Assembly: GCA_038214535.1 (NCBI GenBank) | Contig: JBBQRS010000009.1 | Coordinates: 4,176-68,175, forward strand | Reading direction: 5' to 3' | Length of the DNA: 64,000 nucleotides | DNA from: Anaerolineae bacterium | GTDB taxonomy: Bacteria > Chloroflexota > Anaerolineae > CG2-30-64-16 | Shown here: positions 9,831 to 19,087 of the stretch, piece after piece | Layout: the number at the start of each line of letters is the position of its first letter | Numbering within the stretch: position 1 is the first letter of the stretch | Notes under the pieces: generated by a model | Told to the model about the DNA's origin: nothing | What the model saw: the letters and a program-made list of their open reading frames with translations, nothing else | Databases searched by the model: none | Translations under genes and position numbers: made by a program

Positions 9831-10911
9831 TGAGCATCGCATCGCCGAAGCTGTAGAAACGATAGCGCTCGCGAATCGCTTCCTGGTAAGCGCGATCCAT
9901 CAATTCTTTACCGGCGAACGCGCTGACCAGCATCAGCAGCGTCGAACGGGGCAGGTGAAAGTTGGTGATCATCGCATCCACGGCGCGGAAACGATGCCCC
10001 GGCTTGATGAACAGGTCCGTTTCGCCCTGAAACGCCGCGACCGTCTGCCAGCCGCACACCGACCCCTCGGGGATCTCGTCGCACGGTTTGAAACCGAGCG
10101 CGATCTTGGCGGCGCTCTCCAGCACGCGGACGGCCGTCGTGCCGATAGCGACCACCCGCCCGCCCGCCAGGCGCGTTTCGTTCACCGTGCGCGCCGCCTG
10201 AGAACTTAACTCCGCCCACTCGCGGTGAATCTCGTGCTGCGCGATCTCCTCTACCTGCACGGGCCAAAAGGTGTCCAGCCCGATGTGCAGCGTCACGAAG
10301 GCTATATTGACGCCGCGCGCCCGCAACTCCAGCAGGAGGTCGGGCGTGAAGTGCAACCCCGCCGTTGACGACGCGACGGAGCCCTCGATCCGGCTATAGA
10401 CCGTCTGATAGCGTTCGGCGTCATCTAATGTGCTGTGGATATAAGGCGGCAGCGGCGTCTCGCCCACGTCCCACAACCACTCCTCGACCGGTGGATCGAA
10501 CGCCACGATGCGCCCGCCCGTCTCCGTCTCGTCGAGAATACGCGCCCGCACTTCATGCCGGCCGGTCGGGTCGTTCACCCTGACCTCTGCGCCGGGCCGC
10601 AGCCCCTTGCCGCCCACCAGGCACTCCCATGCCGTCGCTGCGTGTTCGCCCTGCGCAGGACGGAGCAAAAAAATCTCAACGGCCCCGCCGGTGGATTTGA
10701 CGCCGTGCAGCCGCGCCGGGATCACGCGGCTGTCGTTGCCCACCAGCAGATCGCCGGGACGCAGGTAGGAAGGCAGATCGCTGAAGGTGCGGTGCGCCAG
10801 CTCGCCGCTCGCCCGCTCGACGACCAGCAGACGCGACGCATCGCGCGGCTTGATGGGCTGCTGCGCGATCAGTTCCGGCGGCAGCGCGTAATCGAAATCA
10901 CTGGTTTTCAT
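9823..10911 (-). CDS. queA: S-adenosylmethionine:tRNA ribosyltransferase-isomerase.
   Basis: Canonical QueA N-terminus '[19 protein letters not shown]'. Confidence 0.95.
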   Translation of the reverse strand: MKTSDFDYALPPELIAQQPIKPRDASRLLVVERASGELAHRTFSDLPSYLRPGDLLVGNDSRVIPARLHGVKSTGGAVEIFLLRPAQGEHAATAWECLVGGKGLRPGAEVRVNDPTGRHEVRARILDETETGGRIVAFDPPVEEWLWDVGETPLPPYIHSTLDDAERYQTVYSRIEGSVASSTAGLHFTPDLLLELRARGVNIAFVTLHIGLDTFWPVQVEEIAQHEIHREWAELSSQAARTVNETRLAGGRVVAIGTTAVRVLESAAKIALGFKPCDEIPEGSVCGWQTVAAFQGETDLFIKPGHRFRAVDAMITNFHLPRSTLLMLVSAFAGKELMDRAYQEAIRERYRFYSFGDAMLIT

Positions 10912-11969
10912 GCGTTGTCAGATTCGCTGCCCGGTGGGGTGTTTCCGTTGAAGAGGGCCGGCTGGTCGGGCGATTCGGGATAGGGCTCGCCCAGATGCGC
11001 GTAGGCGCGTCGGGTTGCCACGCGGCCGCGGGGAGTGCGCTCCAGGAAGCCGAGTTGCAGCAGATATGGCTCGACGACATCCATGATGGTATCGGGCTCT
11101 TCGGAGAGCGCCGCCGCAATGGTCTCCAGCCCGGCCGGCCCGCCGCGAAAGTCGCGGATCAGCCGGAAGAGCACCTGCCGGTCGAGGTTGTCCAGCCCCA
11201 GGTCGTCCACGTCGAGCAGTACCATCGCCTCACGGGCGACGTCGGCGGTGATGACCCCGTCGGCCCTGACCTGGGCATAGTCGCGCACGCGGCGCAACAT
11301 CCGCAAGGCGACGCGGGGCGTGCCGCGGCCGCGCCGGGCGATTTCCGAGACGCCCGCCTCGGTCGCGGTCACTTGCAGCAGTCCGGCGGCGCGCTCGACG
11401 ATGCGCTCCATCGCTTCCGGCTCATAGAAGTCGAACCGGTAGACCGCCCCGAAGCGCGCCCGCAGCGGCGCGGTCATCAGGGCGAGGCGGGTGGTCGCGC
11501 CGATCAAGGTGAAGCGTGGCAGCTTGAGCCGGATGTTCCGCGCGCTCGGCCCCTTGCCGATGACGATATCCAGCGCGAAGTCTTCCATCGCCGGGTAGAG
11601 CACTTCTTCGACGGCGCGGCCCAGGCGATGCACCTCGTCAATGAAGAGGATGTCGCCCTGGCGCAAATTGGTGAGAATTGCGGCCAGGTCGCCCGCCCGC
11701 TCGATGGCCGGCCCCGCCGTCACCTTCAGGCCGACGCCCATCTCGTTGCTGATGACGTGCGCCAGGGTAGTCTTGCCCAGGCCGGGCGGGCCGTAAAGCA
11801 GGACGTGATCCAGCGGCTCGCCCCGGCTGCGCGCGGCCTCGATGAGGATCATCAGGTTCTCGCGCAACCGGTCTTGCCCGACCATCTCGGTCAGGCTGTG
11901 GGGGCGCAGGGCCGCATCCACCACGACTTCTTCGGGGCGGCTCTGGGGTGCAATTGGGCGGTCAACCAT
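10908..11969 (-). CDS. ruvB: Holliday junction branch migration helicase RuvB.
   Basis: '[23 protein letters not shown]', '[10 protein letters not shown]', and a winged-helix C-terminus. Four-nt overlap with queA. Confidence 0.95.
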   Translation of the reverse strand: MVDRPIAPQSRPEEVVVDAALRPHSLTEMVGQDRLRENLMILIEAARSRGEPLDHVLLYGPPGLGKTTLAHVISNEMGVGLKVTAGPAIERAGDLAAILTNLRQGDILFIDEVHRLGRAVEEVLYPAMEDFALDIVIGKGPSARNIRLKLPRFTLIGATTRLALMTAPLRARFGAVYRFDFYEPEAMERIVERAAGLLQVTATEAGVSEIARRGRGTPRVALRMLRRVRDYAQVRADGVITADVAREAMVLLDVDDLGLDNLDRQVLFRLIRDFRGGPAGLETIAAALSEEPDTIMDVVEPYLLQLGFLERTPRGRVATRRAYAHLGEPYPESPDQPALFNGNTPPGSESDNA

Positions 11970-12073
11970 CGGTTTTTTGTTACTCCGTAGCGCACATTAT
12001 ACCAGAAACACCGCACATGGGATATCAGGGATTCCAAAGCAGGTTCAAAACTTAAAGTTCGTATGCGCGCCGG

Positions 12074-12102
12074 TTGACGAGCAACATATTCCGTGGTATA
12101 AA
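12074..12102 (+). promoter_or_regulatory. Near-consensus sigma70 promoter: TTGACG, 17-nt spacer, TATAAA.
   Basis: TTGACG at 12074-12079 and TATAAA at 12097-12102, about 75 nt upstream of the DksA/TraR-like gene. Confidence 0.5.
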
Positions 12103-12181
12103 ACGACAACTTTGCGCCCGGCAGCGAAATGTGCCTGCCGCAAAGCGTTGAGTCGCTGTGATTTTACAGGAGTGGATGTTG

Positions 12182-12568
12182 ATGGTAACCCGGGAAGAAA
12201 TTGCGTTACAGGAACGCCAGAAACTTTTAGACGAAGCGGAGCGCATCAAGGGCGCGCTCGAGCACCTCCGTGAAGCCATGAAAGAAGAAGTGGACGTTGA
12301 TGCGGAAGAGGGCGACCCGGACTTGATCGAGCGCGAGAAAAACGTGGCGCTCTCTAACCAACTCGAGCGCAAGCTAGAGGGTGTGCAGGCGGCATTGCGC
12401 GCGATTGAGAAGGGCCGCTACGGCATTTGCGAGCGTTGCAACAAGGAGATTGACCCCGAGAGGCTGGAGGTGCGGCCCGATGCCACGTTATGCCTCCAAT
12501 GTCAGGTCGAGGTCGAGAAGCTCATCAAGCGGGGGCTGATGCCGACCCCGCCGCCCGATATCCAGTAA
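12182..12568 (+). CDS. DksA/TraR-family C4-type zinc-finger protein.
   Basis: Coiled-coil N-terminus and C-terminal 'CERCNKEIDPERLEVRPDATLCLQCQ' zinc finger. AGGAG Shine-Dalgarno 9 nt upstream of ATG 12182; an alternative start lies at 12176. Confidence 0.8.
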   Translation: MVTREEIALQERQKLLDEAERIKGALEHLREAMKEEVDVDAEEGDPDLIEREKNVALSNQLERKLEGVQAALRAIEKGRYGICERCNKEIDPERLEVRPDATLCLQCQVEVEKLIKRGLMPTPPPDIQ

Positions 12569-12679
12569 GCGCCCTGCGGTCAAAGCAATCTCACCACGAT
12601 TGAGCGTCAGGGGCGATTTGCATGTGTCACTCGCCATGCAGTTCACATAACACGCAGACCCGTTCCGGAGTGCGGGTCA

Positions 12680-12716
12680 GGCCAGGCATTTATCCGCCGG
12701 TCTGGCCCGTTTTTTG
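12680..12716 (+). terminator. Intrinsic-terminator-like hairpin followed by T6, 24 nt upstream of the upp start codon. Either a leader attenuator or the terminator of the upstream gene.
   Basis: Eight-bp stem ggccaggc/gtctggcc (12680-12687 and 12700-12707) followed by cgTTTTTT (12710-12715). Confidence 0.5.
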
Positions 12717-12739
12717 CGCCCAAAGGGGAGAACCGAACC

Positions 12740-13372
12740 ATGTCCACACCCAACGTCTTCGTTACCGGCCACCCGCTGATCCAGCACAAGTTAGCCATTT
12801 TGCGCGACAAGACCACCGAATCGAAGAAGTTCCGCGAATTGGTCCGCGAGATTTCGATGCTGTTGACCTATGAAGCCACCGCCGACCTGGGGCTGACGCC
12901 CTGCGATGTGGAGACGCCGATGGGGACGGCGCACTGTCAGGAGTTGACCGAGGCGATCGGGTTGGTACCGATCTTGCGGGCCGGCCTCGGCATGGTAGAA
13001 GGCGCCTGGGAGATGATGCCCGGCGCGGAGGTGTGGCATATCGGCCTGTTTCGCGATGAACAGACGCTGCGCCCGGTGCAGTATTACAACAAGCTGCCGA
13101 TCGCGCCCACCGTGCAGGTGTGCCTGGTGCTCGACCCGATGCTGGCGACGGGCGGCTCAGCCGTCGCCACGATAGACATCCTCAAGCAGTGGGGCGCGCA
13201 GCGGATCAAATACGTGGGCATCATCGGTGCGCCGGAAGGCGTGGCGCGCTTGCACGCCGCGCATCCGGATGTGCCGATCCACCTCGCGGACATTGACATC
13301 AAGTTGAACGAGATCGGGTATATCGTCCCCGGCCTGGGCGACGCCGGCGACCGGCAGTTCGGCACGGCGTGA
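12740..13372 (+). CDS. upp: Uracil phosphoribosyltransferase.
   Basis: '[26 protein letters not shown]' and the PRPP-binding motif '[14 protein letters not shown]'. GGGGAG Shine-Dalgarno. Confidence 0.95.
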   Translation: MSTPNVFVTGHPLIQHKLAILRDKTTESKKFRELVREISMLLTYEATADLGLTPCDVETPMGTAHCQELTEAIGLVPILRAGLGMVEGAWEMMPGAEVWHIGLFRDEQTLRPVQYYNKLPIAPTVQVCLVLDPMLATGGSAVATIDILKQWGAQRIKYVGIIGAPEGVARLHAAHPDVPIHLADIDIKLNEIGYIVPGLGDAGDRQFGTA

Positions 13373-13392
13373 ACGCACAGGGAGACGCAATC

Positions 13393-13851
<459 letters not shown>

Positions 13852-13926
13852 GGCGAGGGTCTTCCGCAATTCTCGCCCTGCCGGTTTTTTCCCTGCGCGC
13901 AGGTCATGCTATACTATTGAGGCTAC

Positions 13927-14002
<76 letters not shown>

Positions 14003-14045
14003 AGCCGGGCCAGGCAGACATCACTGCCTGGCCTCGTGTTTTTAC

Positions 14046-15662
14046 ATGGAGTTCGCGTCTATGCGACACACTTCCCGCTTTCTGTGGATCGGGCTGGCCT
14101 TCTTGCTCTCGGCATGTATGCAAGTCCCGACCCGAACCGATACGCCGTCTGCACTTCCCACCCTCACCGCCCCCACCGCTACATCCGAAGCCGAACCGAT
14201 CGTCGCGCCGGAAGTGACGCCCGTACCCACGGTCGCGCCCACTGCCGAACCCGCACTGGTGACTCAGCCTCTTTTTGCGCCCCTGAGCGACGCGCAAATT
14301 CTGATGGAGACGCTGCGCCCCGAAGCCGAGATGACGCCCGAAGGTACGGCCGACATGACGCGCTATGACATGACTGTGCAGTTGGCCGACGACCTGAGCG
14401 CCGTCACCGGCGAGGCGACCATCCGCTACACCAATCGCGAGGCGGTCCCGCTTGATGCGCTCTATCTGCATCTTTTCCCCAATCTGTGGGACGGTGGGCT
14501 GACGGCGGCTAATGTGAAGGTGGACGGCGCGCCTGTCGAAATTGCGTGGCCGTCGGGCGACGACATCCTCGGCGGCGTGCTGCCCGCGCCGCTGATGCCG
14601 GGCGAAACCGTGGAGCTTGCGCTGGAGTTCGCCATGGATGTGCCGTCGGGCGACGGCGTGGGCAATTATGGTGAGTTCGCCTATCAGGACGGTATTCTGG
14701 CGTTGGCGCACTTCTACCCGACGATGGTGGTCTATGATACGGATTGGCGGCTCGAGACGCCGTCGTCGCAGGGTGACGTGATCTTCAACGACGCCAGCCT
14801 GTATGACGTGACCTTCATCGCGCCCACCGGCATGAAGGTGGCGGCGACCGGCGCGACCGTGGAGAGCCGCGATCTGCCCGATGGCCGCACGGCCTGGCAT
14901 CTGGTGGGCGGCCCGATGCGCGATTTTAATATTGTCGCAAGCAAGTCCTACGCGTCTGAAGCCCAGCAGGTCGGCGGGGTCGAAGTGACCAGTTATTTCC
15001 TGCCGGAGGATAAGACGGGCGGCGAACTGGCGCTGAAATATGCCGCCGATGCGCTGCGCGTCTACGGGGACGCGTTCGGGCCGTATCCGTATCGCGAGCT
15101 GGATGTGGGCGCCACGGCGACCGAGGCCGGCGGGATCGAGTACCCCGGGCTGGTCGTCGTCGCGCGCGCGCTGTATCAGGCTGCCGACCCCACGGGCTTC
15201 TTTCAGGCCGCGACGGCGCATGAAGTGGCGCATCAGTGGTGGTACAACGTGGTCGGCAACGACCAGATCAACGACCCCTGGCTGGATGAGGCGACCGCGC
15301 AATACGCGACGGAGCTATATTACGGCCATGTCTACGGGCCGGGCGGCGCGGCAGCGTTCGAGAAATCGCTGGATGACCGCTGGGCGCGCGTGGATCACGC
15401 CGACAAGCCCATCGGCCTGCCCGTCGAGGACTATGTGGACCGTGAGTATGGGGCCATCGTCTACGGGCGAGGGCCGCTGTTTCTCAATGCCCTGCGTGAC
15501 CGCATCGGTGGGGAGAAGATGACGGAGTTCTTGCGGCGCTACTACGAGGAAAATCGCTGGGGCATCGCCACGCCCGCGCGCTTCGAGGCGTTGGCCGAAG
15601 AAGTCTCCGGTCAGGACCTCAGCGACCTGTTCGCGGAATGGGTTTACGGACTGCCCCAATAA
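14046..15662 (+). CDS. Secreted M1-family metallopeptidase (aminopeptidase N-like).
   Basis: N-terminal signal peptide/lipobox (LLSAC). 'HEVAHQWWYNVVGND' HEXXH motif followed by 'LDEATAQY'. Confidence 0.85.
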   Translation: MEFASMRHTSRFLWIGLAFLLSACMQVPTRTDTPSALPTLTAPTATSEAEPIVAPEVTPVPTVAPTAEPALVTQPLFAPLSDAQILMETLRPEAEMTPEGTADMTRYDMTVQLADDLSAVTGEATIRYTNREAVPLDALYLHLFPNLWDGGLTAANVKVDGAPVEIAWPSGDDILGGVLPAPLMPGETVELALEFAMDVPSGDGVGNYGEFAYQDGILALAHFYPTMVVYDTDWRLETPSSQGDVIFNDASLYDVTFIAPTGMKVAATGATVESRDLPDGRTAWHLVGGPMRDFNIVASKSYASEAQQVGGVEVTSYFLPEDKTGGELALKYAADALRVYGDAFGPYPYRELDVGATATEAGGIEYPGLVVVARALYQAADPTGFFQAATAHEVAHQWWYNVVGNDQINDPWLDEATAQYATELYYGHVYGPGGAAAFEKSLDDRWARVDHADKPIGLPVEDYVDREYGAIVYGRGPLFLNALRDRIGGEKMTEFLRRYYEENRWGIATPARFEALAEEVSGQDLSDLFAEWVYGLPQ

Positions 15663-15673
15663 GCTCCCAAGCC

Positions 15674-15735
15674 TTTGTAGTGACGGCTTTAGCCGTTGCG
15701 TGCGCCAAAACGGCTGAAGCCGTCACTACGAAGGC
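15674..15735. repeat. Nested palindromic intergenic repeat, copy 1 (REP-like), acting as a bidirectional terminator between convergent genes.
   Basis: TTTGTAGTGACGGCTTTAGCCGTT, 12-nt spacer, AACGGCTGAAGCCGTCACTAC. Each arm contains an ACGGCT/AGCCGT mini-hairpin. In minus orientation it is followed by TTTTGG. A near-identical copy lies at 29946-30010. Confidence 0.7.
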
Positions 15736-17114
15736 TGACCGGCCAGGGGTAGGGTAAGCGTGAAGGTTGCGCCGTGGCCCGGCGCGCTTTCTACGGTGAG
15801 ATTGCCGCCATGCGCCAGCGCCAACTGGCAGGCGATGGCCAGCCCCAGCCCTGCCCCGCCGCCGCGCCGGCTGCGGCTTTTGTCGGCGCGATAGAAGCGG
15901 TCGAAGACGTAGGGCAGGTCTTCCGGCGCGATGCCGCTGCCGGTATCCTCCACGATCAGCCGCGCCTCTCCCTCCGCCTGCTCGACCCGTATGGTGACGC
16001 TGCCTCCTGCGGGTGTGTGCCGCAACGCATTGCTCACCAGGTTTCGCACGATCTGCCCCAGCCGATCTCGGTCGCCGAGAACGATGGCTTCGCGCGCTGC
16101 CTGCTCTAATTTGAGTTGTATCCCGGCAGATTCGGCGGGCGGGCCGAAGTTCGCGGCCGCAACCTGCGCCACCTCTCGCACGTCCAAAGGCTGGGCGTCC
16201 ATCCGGAGTTGCCCCGCTTCGGCCAGCGCCAGATCGCGCAAATCGTCCACCAGGCGGGTGAGCAGGCGCGTCTCGTCGTATAGCCCGGCGATTTGCGCCT
16301 GATCCAGCGGGTAGATGCCGTCGAGCATGGCCTGCAAGTTGCCCTGGATCACGGTCAGCGGAGTGCGCAATTCGTGCGCGACGTCGGCCATTACATGCCG
16401 GCGCAGCGCCTCGGCGTCCTCCAGGTTGGCCGCCATACCGTTGAAGGTGCGTCCGAGTTCTGCGAGCTCGTCCTCGCCCACGGCTTCGACCCGCTGCGAG
16501 AGATCCCCGGTGGAAATCGCGCCCGCCGCGCCGGTCAATCGTCTCAGGGGTGAAGTCAGTCGCCGGCTCATCCAAAGCCCGACAAACAGGGCCAGCGCAA
16601 CCGCAGCGAGCGCGGCCAACAACAGCGCGCGTTGCACGGCAGCGAGAAACGCCTGGCCGGGGTCGTCGAGCACCAGATCGGCGGATGCCAGCGTGAGCAA
16701 CGTACCCACCTGTTGCCCCGAGGCGGTGGTGATCGGCAAACCGTGGGCAAGCAGCGCCGGTGAAAGCGTCTGCCCTGTCAACTCGCCGGTTGGGTCGGCG
16801 ACCACGCGGCCTGTGTCGTCCGCCAGCACCGCCCGGAATCCGCCGCGCCGACCACGGCCGCCCATCATCTGCCCCATGCCCTGACCGGGCGCGGTCTCTT
16901 CTAATAGAGGCTCCACGCCCTGCCATGTCCCGTATGTTGCGTAGTACGTGGCGAGGTTTTCGACCGCCTGGGGTGACAACATCATGTTACTGCGCACGAC
17001 ATACTGGCGGAACTCATCGCCGGTGGCGCGCAACACCACCGCCGCAACAACGGCCACGGCCAGCAACGCGACGGCGACAAAGGCCAGGGTCAGCTTGACC
17101 CAGAGGCGGTTCAC
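15726..17114 (-). CDS. Sensor histidine kinase (TM, HAMP, HisKA, HATPase_c).
   Basis: 'HELRTPLTVIQGN' H-box. 'DTGSGIAPEDLPYVFDRFYRAD' and 'GGAGLGLAI' G-boxes. N-terminal TM helix and HAMP region. Confidence 0.9.
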   Translation of the reverse strand: MNRLWVKLTLAFVAVALLAVAVVAAVVLRATGDEFRQYVVRSNMMLSPQAVENLATYYATYGTWQGVEPLLEETAPGQGMGQMMGGRGRRGGFRAVLADDTGRVVADPTGELTGQTLSPALLAHGLPITTASGQQVGTLLTLASADLVLDDPGQAFLAAVQRALLLAALAAVALALFVGLWMSRRLTSPLRRLTGAAGAISTGDLSQRVEAVGEDELAELGRTFNGMAANLEDAEALRRHVMADVAHELRTPLTVIQGNLQAMLDGIYPLDQAQIAGLYDETRLLTRLVDDLRDLALAEAGQLRMDAQPLDVREVAQVAAANFGPPAESAGIQLKLEQAAREAIVLGDRDRLGQIVRNLVSNALRHTPAGGSVTIRVEQAEGEARLIVEDTGSGIAPEDLPYVFDRFYRADKSRSRRGGGAGLGLAIACQLALAHGGNLTVESAPGHGATFTLTLPLAGQPS

Positions 17115-17809
17115 GAAGCGTCTCCGTCGTGGTCTTCAAACTTATAGCCGACGCCGTAAACCGTTTGGATGTAGCGCGGCCGGCGTGGGTCGTCGCCCAG
17201 CTTGGCGCGCAGGTTCTTGATGTGCGCGTCTACCGTGCGCTCGTAACCCTCATAGGCGTAGCCCTGCACCCGGTCGAGCAGGTCGAGCCGCGTGAAAGCG
17301 CGTCCGGGGTGATGCAGCATCACGACCAGCAGGTCGAACTCGGTCGGCGTCAGGTCGAGCAGCCGGCCCGCGCGGGTTGCCCGATGCGCCGTTACGTCAA
17401 CCTCGAGGTCGCCCGCCCCAAGCACTTCATTCACCGGCGCAGCGCCAGAGGTGCGCCTTAACACCGCGCGCACGCGCGCGACCAGCTCGCGCGGGTTGAA
17501 CGGTTTTGCCACGTAATCATCCGCGCCCAGCTCAAGCCCGATGATGCGGTCGGTATCGTCTACCCGCGCGGTCAGCATGATGATCGGGGTATCGCCCGCG
17601 CGACGGAGCGCCCGCGCGACTTCCAACCCATCTATGCCCGGCAACATCAGGTCCAGGATCACCAGATCGGGCTTTTCGCGGCGCGCCTGAATCAGCGCCG
17701 TCTGGCCGTCAGTTGCGGTCACCACCGTGTAGCCCGCCTGCTCCAGATAAGACCGCACCAGTTTGACGATTTTTGCCTCGTCATCTACCACCAGGATTTT
17801 CGCGCCCAT
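17111..17809 (-). CDS. OmpR-family response regulator.
   Basis: Receiver domain 'ILVVDDE...DLVILDLMLPGIDG' and winged-helix C-terminus 'YIQTVYGVGYKFE'. Four-nt overlap with the histidine kinase gene. Confidence 0.95.
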   Translation of the reverse strand: MGAKILVVDDEAKIVKLVRSYLEQAGYTVVTATDGQTALIQARREKPDLVILDLMLPGIDGLEVARALRRAGDTPIIMLTARVDDTDRIIGLELGADDYVAKPFNPRELVARVRAVLRRTSGAAPVNEVLGAGDLEVDVTAHRATRAGRLLDLTPTEFDLLVVMLHHPGRAFTRLDLLDRVQGYAYEGYERTVDAHIKNLRAKLGDDPRRPRYIQTVYGVGYKFEDHDGDAS

Positions 17810-17956
17810 GAATCATCACCTCTCTCTGGGTCTGACCTATCGCCGCATTTGATCGGTTTGCGCCGTGTGATGCTATAATGCCGTGTGCTCCGCTTCGACC
17901 GGCCGCTGCGACGTTGCGAGCGATGGGTACAATCTACCTGCCGGAAAGGACAGGGT

Positions 17957-19069
17957 ATGCGCGCCGAAGACCATTCGCCTCCGGCCCCCAAACAGCCGCC
18001 CCGTGCCAAACGCGGGCTATGGCTGCTTGCAGCGCTCCTCTTACTACTTCAGATGCCGGGATGCGCCGCGCCACGGCGCGCGATGCCCACGCAACCATCA
18101 TCGCAGATCACAGATACGGCCACCGCAACGGCCGCTGCACCGCGTGAAACCATAGCGCCCACGGTAACGGCAAGCCCCACCCTTGCGAAGACCGCCACCG
18201 CCACAGCGACCGCGGCAACTCCCGCAGACAAAATTATCATCCCCGAAACTTTGCGGGCGAAGATCGAGATTGTCTGGCCGCATGACGGCGCCACGGTGCG
18301 AGAAGCGACGCAGGCCAACCTCACCGCGTATCTCATGGGTGTTGACTCCTACAAGTCCCCACCGTGCGCCTGGGAGCCCACGGTGCGCCTGTGGATGGCG
18401 CTGAACGCCGAACCGGCTCGCCCCATCGCCGTGGCGGAGAAGCGCATGTTGGACACCGGCGGGCGGGATTTCCCCGTCTGGGATTTCAACGATATTGACG
18501 TCAGCGCCGCGCGCGACCCCTTCAACAAGCTCACATTTTACGTCACTGTGGATGATGTGGATACTTACCATAACATATGGGTCCACGCGCAGGACGCCCG
18601 CACCCTTCAAGCGCAACCCAACCAGCCAACCGAGTTGCTGTCACAACCGCCGCAGGAAGTGGACGCACGCATCAAGATCGTCTGGCCGCATGATGGCTTG
18701 TCGGTCGAACAGGCGGAACTGGCGAACATCACGGCGTCGCTGTTCAAAGCAGGCACGCTTTCGGCGATTTCAGGCGGAGCATCATGGAATCCCGCCGTTC
18801 GGCTCCATCGCTCGCTCAATGCGGACGCCGAATCGCCATCCGATCCGCCGATCACGGGTCAACGTCGCGCCATCCCAACCGAAACCGGCGCTGAGATGTG
18901 GGCCTGGGATTTCAACGATGTTGACGTGCGCGCCGCCCAGGACCGGTTGAACAAGCTCTACTTCTGGGTCAGCGTTGACGGCGTCGCGACGTTCCCAAAT
19001 ATCTGGACGCACGGCGCGGATACCCCCACCGTATTCCCGCAGGTAGACGTGCTGGAATCTTGCCGGTAG
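17957..19069 (+). CDS. Secreted protein made of two tandem copies (~130 aa each) of an unrecognised domain.
   Basis: Signal peptide (LWLLAALLLLLQMPGCAAP). Repeat 1 reads 'KIEIVWPHDG...WDFNDIDVSAARDPFNKLTFYVTVDDVDTYHNIWVH' and repeat 2 'KIVWPHDG...WDFNDVDVRAAQDRLNKLYFWVSVDGVATFPNIWTH'. Divergent from the two-component system. Confidence 0.7.
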   Translation: MRAEDHSPPAPKQPPRAKRGLWLLAALLLLLQMPGCAAPRRAMPTQPSSQITDTATATAAAPRETIAPTVTASPTLAKTATATATAATPADKIIIPETLRAKIEIVWPHDGATVREATQANLTAYLMGVDSYKSPPCAWEPTVRLWMALNAEPARPIAVAEKRMLDTGGRDFPVWDFNDIDVSAARDPFNKLTFYVTVDDVDTYHNIWVHAQDARTLQAQPNQPTELLSQPPQEVDARIKIVWPHDGLSVEQAELANITASLFKAGTLSAISGGASWNPAVRLHRSLNADAESPSDPPITGQRRAIPTETGAEMWAWDFNDVDVRAAQDRLNKLYFWVSVDGVATFPNIWTHGADTPTVFPQVDVLESCR

Positions 19070-19087
19070 GCATTCCCGGCAAATTGC

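Noticed and set aside
15619-16926. 435-aa minus-strand ORF in an alternate frame of the histidine kinase gene.
   Set aside because: Same strand but a different frame from the well-supported sensor kinase. The Arg/Gly-rich product is a frame artefact of high GC content.
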